Virus record (IMG/VR): IMGVR_UViG_3300046323_000419
Span: 1-64,000 of that record
From: a virus
DNA: 64,000 nucleotides
Reading direction: 5' to 3' (one strand)
Of this stretch, positions 58,203 to 64,000 are shown piece after piece. Every line of letters begins with the position of its first letter. Within the stretch, counting starts at the first letter, position 1. The position numbers were made by a program, and so were the translations under genes. Below the pieces are notes generated by a model. The model saw only the letters and a program-made list of their open reading frames with translations, had not been told where the DNA came from and searched no databases.

Positions 58203-60031
58203 TGAATAGATACGATACCGCAAGTGTTGCTAAATTTTCACCATTATCTTTTCAGGAATTATCTGCTGCACCATTAGCAATGCGTCAAAAACACGATAGT
58301 TTAGATGCTCAAAGAGAATTATTAAGACAAGGATTAGCTAAAACTAATCCTCACGAAAAATATTATGAAGAAGCAGTTAGATTAAAAGATGAATTAAATA
58401 ATCAAATAACCTCTCAAGCTGAATTATTAGCTAAAGAAGGTGTTAATCCAAATAGTCAAGCTGATTTTTTAAAATTAAATCGCGATTATCAAGAAACAAT
58501 GTCACCTACTGGTAAATTAGGTATGATAAATGCTCACAATGTTAATTTACAATCTACTTATAAAAATTATATTGATGAAGCAATTAAAGCTAATCAATCT
58601 CCAGCAATGGCTAAATTACACGCAGATATGGCAATTAAAAAACATCTTCAACAACCTTTATATGATGAAAGAGGTAGAGTAGTTGATTTTAGTGCTGGTA
58701 ATGCTGCTCCAGAATATATGGATAATATTAAATGGATCAATGATTTAGCCGCCAATGTTGGTTTTGACAAAACTAGCTGGGCTCAAGCTAGTAGTGGCTT
58801 AAGTAAAAGTAATGACGGTACTAGATTTGTAGTTAATTCTAGTGCTAAAGGATTAACTAAAGACAATGTTGAAAGATTAAATAGATTAGCAGAAAGAGCT
58901 AATAGTGAAGTATCAAATCCTACTAGTAGAATTAGACAAAATATTGATTATAATTTTCAAAATCCACAAACAGAATTAAACAATATGTTAAATCATTTAT
59001 ATTCTAAACGTGAAAGAGAAGATGGTGTAACAGATAGAAGTTATTCTAAAGATAATCTTAATTGGAGTGATAAAGGAAAAGATAAGTTTAAAGATTCAGA
59101 ATTACAAGGTTATAATTTAAGTGATGGTAAAACATTTGCAACAAATACTAATTTAATGAAAGAGGCTGGTTTAATTGGTGGAGGGTTTGATCAATTTACA
59201 CCTGAAGAAAGAGCTAAACAAAGTGGTATTAATGCTCCATTATTTAAAGTTAATCCTACAGCTCAGTCTACGTCTACAACTAGATCCCCTGAATGGAAAA
59301 AATTAGCAAGTTCTATAAATAGAACGCTACCTTCTAATCAACGTTTTAAAGAAGGTTCTAAAGAGGAAGAGTCTGCAGTTAAAAAGTATTTAACTAAGTA
59401 TGGTAATACCACAATTCAAAATAGAGTTGTAGACCCTTATAGTCACAACACAGGATTAATGTTTGCTGATGAAACTTTAAAAGACGTTACAAAAGCTCAA
59501 CAAAATCTATGGAAAAGAGTTAAAAATGGTTCTTCTACATTAGTAGATGATGAAGGTAAAGAATACACTAAAGACGAAATTGCAAAAATTTCTAAATTTT
59601 CGTATGACGGAGATTTAACAGCAGACTCAAACGTAAGCGTATTTACAAAAGATAAACGAAAAAATTATATACCTCATTTTGGAACAATAGTTATAGGTAC
59701 TGGAGATGATGCTAAACTTAAAAATGTTTATGTTTCTAGAAATTCTGATGATTTTGAAAAACCTCAATACAAGGGAGCGGTTGATAAAAATAAAATTAAC
59801 AATATTGTAAAATCTGGACCAAATAGATACCATACTTTTAAAGTAGACGGTATAAAAGCTTTTAAAAATTATGGAATGAAAAATGTGGAAATGAAATATA
59901 ATGAAGAAAGTAAATCTTATGATTTAAGTTTTATTGATCATAAAGGTCAAAATAGGGATTTAAAATTTCAAGACGATGAAAATGGTACTGCGGAAGCTCG
60001 TTTAAGTGAATTTTTAATAGAAGGTAATTAA
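58202..60031 (+). CDS. virion cargo/ejection protein
   Basis: MNRYD...FSPLSFQEL..P start; coupled to its neighbours. Confidence 0.7.
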   Translation: MNRYDTASVAKFSPLSFQELSAAPLAMRQKHDSLDAQRELLRQGLAKTNPHEKYYEEAVRLKDELNNQITSQAELLAKEGVNPNSQADFLKLNRDYQETMSPTGKLGMINAHNVNLQSTYKNYIDEAIKANQSPAMAKLHADMAIKKHLQQPLYDERGRVVDFSAGNAAPEYMDNIKWINDLAANVGFDKTSWAQASSGLSKSNDGTRFVVNSSAKGLTKDNVERLNRLAERANSEVSNPTSRIRQNIDYNFQNPQTELNNMLNHLYSKREREDGVTDRSYSKDNLNWSDKGKDKFKDSELQGYNLSDGKTFATNTNLMKEAGLIGGGFDQFTPEERAKQSGINAPLFKVNPTAQSTSTTRSPEWKKLASSINRTLPSNQRFKEGSKEEESAVKKYLTKYGNTTIQNRVVDPYSHNTGLMFADETLKDVTKAQQNLWKRVKNGSSTLVDDEGKEYTKDEIAKISKFSYDGDLTADSNVSVFTKDKRKNYIPHFGTIVIGTGDDAKLKNVYVSRNSDDFEKPQYKGAVDKNKINNIVKSGPNRYHTFKVDGIKAFKNYGMKNVEMKYNEESKSYDLSFIDHKGQNRDLKFQDDENGTAEARLSEFLIEGN

Positions 60032-60033
60032 TT

Positions 60034-63000
60034 ATGTTAAATAATAGAAAAAATATATATCCTAAAAAAGATTTAGATGCGGCTCTAGAAAAAATTCACA
60101 AAGTAGATAAAAAAACTAAACTAGATGCTTATTTAAATGAATCAGAAAACAAAACTTTCAGAAGTAATACAATTGGTAAATCTGATTATGATAAAAATTT
60201 AAATTTAGAAAATATTGATACTACTAATGAACAAACTATTGACACATCTATTAATGAACACCGCGCTAACGAACAATCTTGGCAAGCTCATTTAGGAATT
60301 GGTGCAGTTAGAACTGTTGCTAAAGCAGCTACAGAAGTAGCTAAACTTCCTGGAGTAATTGGTGGTATTGCAATGTCACCATTTGCTGATGAAAACGAAG
60401 GTTTTGAAACAGCATTTAACAATCAATGGATTAAATTCTTTGATGGTTTAAATGAAGATGTTAAAGAAGCTTTACCTGTTTATATAAAAGAGTCTGTTAA
60501 AAATGGTGATTTCTTTACAAAAATAGGTTCTTCTGCGTTTTATGCCACAGAAGGTGCTGATGGTGCGGGATTTATGTTAGGGGCTATGGCCCCTGGTGCA
60601 TTATTTAAATTGTTTGGTGGTGCAAACGCATTATTTGGAGCATCTATTAAAGCTGCTAAATTAGCTAAATATGGTGAAGGAATTGAAGCTGGTAGAAAAG
60701 CTTTAAAAGCTGCTAATATTACTATTAAAAATATTGACCAATATATGATACCTGCTTTTAATACCATTGCTGAATCTGGCGCAGAATCTAAAGGAGTTTG
60801 GGATGGTATGGAATCTAGAAAAGGTGACGCTCATAAAGAATATATGAGTAAATTAGATCCAAATAATTCTAGATACCAACAAGCAATATCTTTAAAAAAT
60901 GAACAGTTAGATCAATTAAGACGTTCTGGTGAAATATCAATAGAAGAATATAATCAACAATCTGCAAATATAGGTACGGTTGTAGCTGAAGAAATGTTTG
61001 AAAAAGATTTTAAAGAACAAAAAGCTTTAGCTGCTCAAAATTCATTTTTTAAAAACGTAGTTATAGTAGCAGGTCCTAACTATATCCAAGCTAAGTTATT
61101 ATTTGGTAAAACCCCATCTAAAGTTTTATTAGATAAAATTGGTGGTCTTGGTGAAAAAACTATTAAAAATACTGTTAAACAAGGTGTTAAGAATTTTGCT
61201 AAAGGATTTGCATCAGAAGGAGCTGAAGAAGTTGGTCAAACAGCAGTTGAACATAGAAATATTGAACAAGGTTTAAAATTTAAACTTGGTGATGATATGG
61301 GTGATGATTATAATCCGTTAACCTTTGGGGAAGACTTTATTAAAACTTTAGGAACTACAGAAGGTCAAATTGCTGGATTTTTAGGTGGTATAATGGGAGC
61401 ACCAATGTCAGCAGTAGGTGGTTATAAACAAGATGTTCGTGATAGAAAACAAACTGAAAGACTTCGTGAAAAAATCAATGGTGCTTCTACAGCTTACGCA
61501 GATATTAAGAATACTAATATTTACGAACAGGAAGAATATACTAATCCTGAAACAGGTGAAGTTGATTTTAGAGATAAAGAAGTTGATGGTAAAAAAGTAT
61601 TTATACCTGAAAATGTTGCAAAAGTTAAAAAAGCTTTAGATTTAATTGAAAGAGACTCTCAAATTTATGATAAAGCAATTGAAGAAGGTGATACTGAAAC
61701 AATTGAAATGTTAAAAGGTAAAGCTGAGTTCAATCTTATTAATAAATTTATAGGTGAAGATGAAGTTACATTAGATGCTTTAGGTGAATATTTAAAAGTA
61801 GCATTTCCTACTCAAAAATCTGAAAATATTTCTGAAGAACAGATTAAATTAAATAAGGAAAATCTTGAAAGAGTTGATAAAATAATGAAAAAAGCAACCT
61901 CTCTTCAAAAAGATTTAACTTCTTATAAAGATATGGCTGCTTCACTTATTAGAATTAATAATCCAGAAGTTACAGAAAAACATCTTACAGATTTTATGAA
62001 TAGAGTAGCTAATACTTTTATATCTGAAAGAGCTGAAGAATTTGATGCTAAAGATAAATTAAATAAGTTAGAAAAACAAAAATCGGATTTATTATCTAAT
62101 TCTACAGTAATTGAAATTGATAATCCTAATTATATTGAAGGAATAAGTTCTGAATTAGATAAAACAACTAAAACTAGAAGTAATAATCCTAGATTAGATT
62201 TAATTAATTCTCAAATCGCTAAAGTTAAAGAACAACTTAAAGATTTTGAAGAAGCTACAAATAGTACTATATGGGATAATGAATATTTAAATAATAAAAT
62301 TAGTAATGAAGTTAAAGTTAGACAAAAACTTCAAAAAGCTACATCTCCAGAAGTAGTTGAAAAAGCTGATGAAGTTTTGCAAACAATTAATAATGCAACA
62401 ACTCCTGAAGAATTAAATAATCTTCCTAAAACTAATACTCCAGCAGATACAGTAATTCAACAAAAAGCTGATAAAAAGAAAACTGAATTAAAAGCTGCTA
62501 AAGAAGCTGAAGAAGCTGGTGTTATAACTAATGCTAAAGAAGATGATAATGCTTTTAATGGTACATCTACAACAGAAACTCATTCAACAGAAGGTTCTGA
62601 TATATCTGATGAATTAACTCCTCAAACAGGTGAAAATACAACAGAAGAAGATGATAAGGAATCTAAATTAATAAATCCAACACAAGGTAAAGGTGTAAAA
62701 CTTATTAGTTATGATAGGAAAAATAATGAAGTTTTTAGTTGGATTAAAGAACAATTTCCTGAAGGTTTAGCTTTTGAAAGAAATCCAATTAATAAAATAG
62801 GACAAGAAGTTAGTTTTGAAATTAATGAAAATCCTACTGGTAATAGTTCTGTTTTAGAAATTGAAAAAAGAAGAAAAAATGATATTGAAAGATATGATGA
62901 AAGTGATAAAAGAGGAATAGAAAAAATAAATCCTGATGCGGAAAGTACTAAAGGTTCACCTTTTAAAGTTGGAGCTAAATGGAATGATGGATATAAAGTA

Positions 63001-64000
63001 ATTATTAATAGTAGTACTGCTGATGAAAACTATATTGGAAGGGATGACCCTTATATTGTTATTTCTAAAATAATAAAACCTGCACAATTTGACGAATCTG
63101 GAATAATGACAAAAGCTCCAGTTGTTGATGTAATGTTATTTAATACTAAAGAAGAAGCTGATAAATTTATAAAAGAAAGATTAGAAAAAGTAAAACTTTC
63201 AGCAGGGAAAAGACAAATTAAAGCAAATGAAAAATATGATGCAGAAATTAAAGCTTTACCTCAAAATAAATCTAAAGTATCTGAAGCTTTAACTGCTTTT
63301 AGTAATAAAGATTTTTCTAATATTCAATTATTGATAGATTACCTTCCAATTAACATTAAGTTAGCTGAAGGAGCTTATTTACCTATTGAAACAAGACGTG
63401 TTAATGGTGAAATGAATCCTGAAACAGAAATGTTAAGAAAATCATTAATAACTAATCTTATTAATGGTATTCCTATTGAAAGTATGAATTCTACTATAAC
63501 AGGTCAATATAAAGGTGTATTACAAGTTGAATCTCCAATTGCTGAAAATAGTCTTTTAGATTTAACTGGTGTTACAGATTTAAAGTATATTAAAGAAAAT
63601 ACTTATTTTGTAAATATTCACGGTCAATTAGAAAATATATTAACAGGTCAAACTAGAGCTTTTCAAAATAAATTTACTAAAGATTTAGATAGAACTAAAA
63701 ATTATGCTGCTGGAGAAATCTATTTAATGATCCCACAAGCAGATGGCATATCTCAGTTTCCTTTAAAACTTAATATCAGTAAATTATCTATTGAAGAATC
63801 TGAAGGTTTATTTGAAATTTATAGAGAAATTTTAACACAAGATAAAGGTTCTAATACAACACTATCTGAAATTAGTCCTGAATTGTTATCTATAATTCAA
63901 AATGTATTTGGAGAAGAATTAAAAGTAATTACAACACCTGCTAAACAAAAGGATATTAAATTAGGTGAAATTATAGATTTATTAGTTTATGAATCTGATA
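60034..64000 (+). CDS. very large virion protein, truncated by window edge (region where crAss-like phages encode giant cargo / virion RNA polymerase proteins)
   Basis: ATG at 60034 (MLNNRKNIYPKK...); frame appears open to the end of the window; RANEQS, AESGAES, SEGAEEVGQ motifs; no RNA polymerase catalytic motif seen in the part present. Confidence 0.75.
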   Translation, partial: MLNNRKNIYPKKDLDAALEKIHKVDKKTKLDAYLNESENKTFRSNTIGKSDYDKNLNLENIDTTNEQTIDTSINEHRANEQSWQAHLGIGAVRTVAKAATEVAKLPGVIGGIAMSPFADENEGFETAFNNQWIKFFDGLNEDVKEALPVYIKESVKNGDFFTKIGSSAFYATEGADGAGFMLGAMAPGALFKLFGGANALFGASIKAAKLAKYGEGIEAGRKALKAANITIKNIDQYMIPAFNTIAESGAESKGVWDGMESRKGDAHKEYMSKLDPNNSRYQQAISLKNEQLDQLRRSGEISIEEYNQQSANIGTVVAEEMFEKDFKEQKALAAQNSFFKNVVIVAGPNYIQAKLLFGKTPSKVLLDKIGGLGEKTIKNTVKQGVKNFAKGFASEGAEEVGQTAVEHRNIEQGLKFKLGDDMGDDYNPLTFGEDFIKTLGTTEGQIAGFLGGIMGAPMSAVGGYKQDVRDRKQTERLREKINGASTAYADIKNTNIYEQEEYTNPETGEVDFRDKEVDGKKVFIPENVAKVKKALDLIERDSQIYDKAIEEGDTETIEMLKGKAEFNLINKFIGEDEVTLDALGEYLKVAFPTQKSENISEEQIKLNKENLERVDKIMKKATSLQKDLTSYKDMAASLIRINNPEVTEKHLTDFMNRVANTFISERAEEFDAKDKLNKLEKQKSDLLSNSTVIEIDNPNYIEGISSELDKTTKTRSNNPRLDLINSQIAKVKEQLKDFEEATNSTIWDNEYLNNKISNEVKVRQKLQKATSPEVVEKADEVLQTINNATTPEELNNLPKTNTPADTVIQQKADKKKTELKAAKEAEEAGVITNAKEDDNAFNGTSTTETHSTEGSDISDELTPQTGENTTEEDDKESKLINPTQGKGVKLISYDRKNNEVFSWIKEQFPEGLAFERNPINKIGQEVSFEINENPTGNSSVLEIEKRRKNDIERYDESDKRGIEKINPDAESTKGSPFKVGAKWNDGYKVIINSSTADENYIGRDDPYIVISKIIKPAQFDESGIMTKAPVVDVMLFNTKEEADKFIKERLEKVKLSAGKRQIKANEKYDAEIKALPQNKSKVSEALTAFSNKDFSNIQLLIDYLPINIKLAEGAYLPIETRRVNGEMNPETEMLRKSLITNLINGIPIESMNSTITGQYKGVLQVESPIAENSLLDLTGVTDLKYIKENTYFVNIHGQLENILTGQTRAFQNKFTKDLDRTKNYAAGEIYLMIPQADGISQFPLKLNISKLSIEESEGLFEIYREILTQDKGSNTTLSEISPELLSIIQNVFGEELKVITTPAKQKDIKLGEIIDLLVYESD

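Noticed and set aside
1-64000. Stop-codon reassignment as in some crAss-like phages
   Set aside because: Long genes are intact under the standard code and no suppressor tRNA was seen
1-64000. CRISPR array, reverse transcriptase/DGR, integrase
   Set aside because: No regularly spaced repeat-spacer array and no RT or recombinase motifs were seen

Overview
AT-rich phage genome segment whose gene content and order match a crAss-like (Crassvirales) podovirus of a Bacteroidetes, probably Flavobacteriaceae, host. It uses the standard genetic code and carries host-type TAnnTTTG promoters. Left arm (1-22.2 kb, minus strand): a peptide/amide-ligase cluster (COOH-NH2 ligase cut by the window edge, ATP-grasp, two class I glutamine amidotransferases, two gamma-glutamylcyclotransferases, a GNAT-like protein), replication genes (primase, AAA ATPase, DnaB-like helicase, family B polymerase, two NUMOD4-HNH endonucleases) and many small ORFs. 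This arm also holds a tmRNA with a long tag frame, two tRNA-like elements lacking a normal anticodon loop and several structured non-coding segments. Right arm (22.3-64 kb, plus strand): GroES-like and GroEL chaperonins, terminase, portal, scaffold, major capsid, ring/tail proteins, fibres (one with a clan-A glycoside hydrolase domain), a lysis cassette and large cargo proteins, the last running off the window. Best candidates for something undescribed: the amide-ligase cluster, the tmRNA/tRNA-mimic/ncRNA set, a fixed-spacing upstream promoter box, and a protease-bearing cargo protein with repeated xxGG motifs. All calls come from reading motifs by eye; no database searches or folding programs were run.
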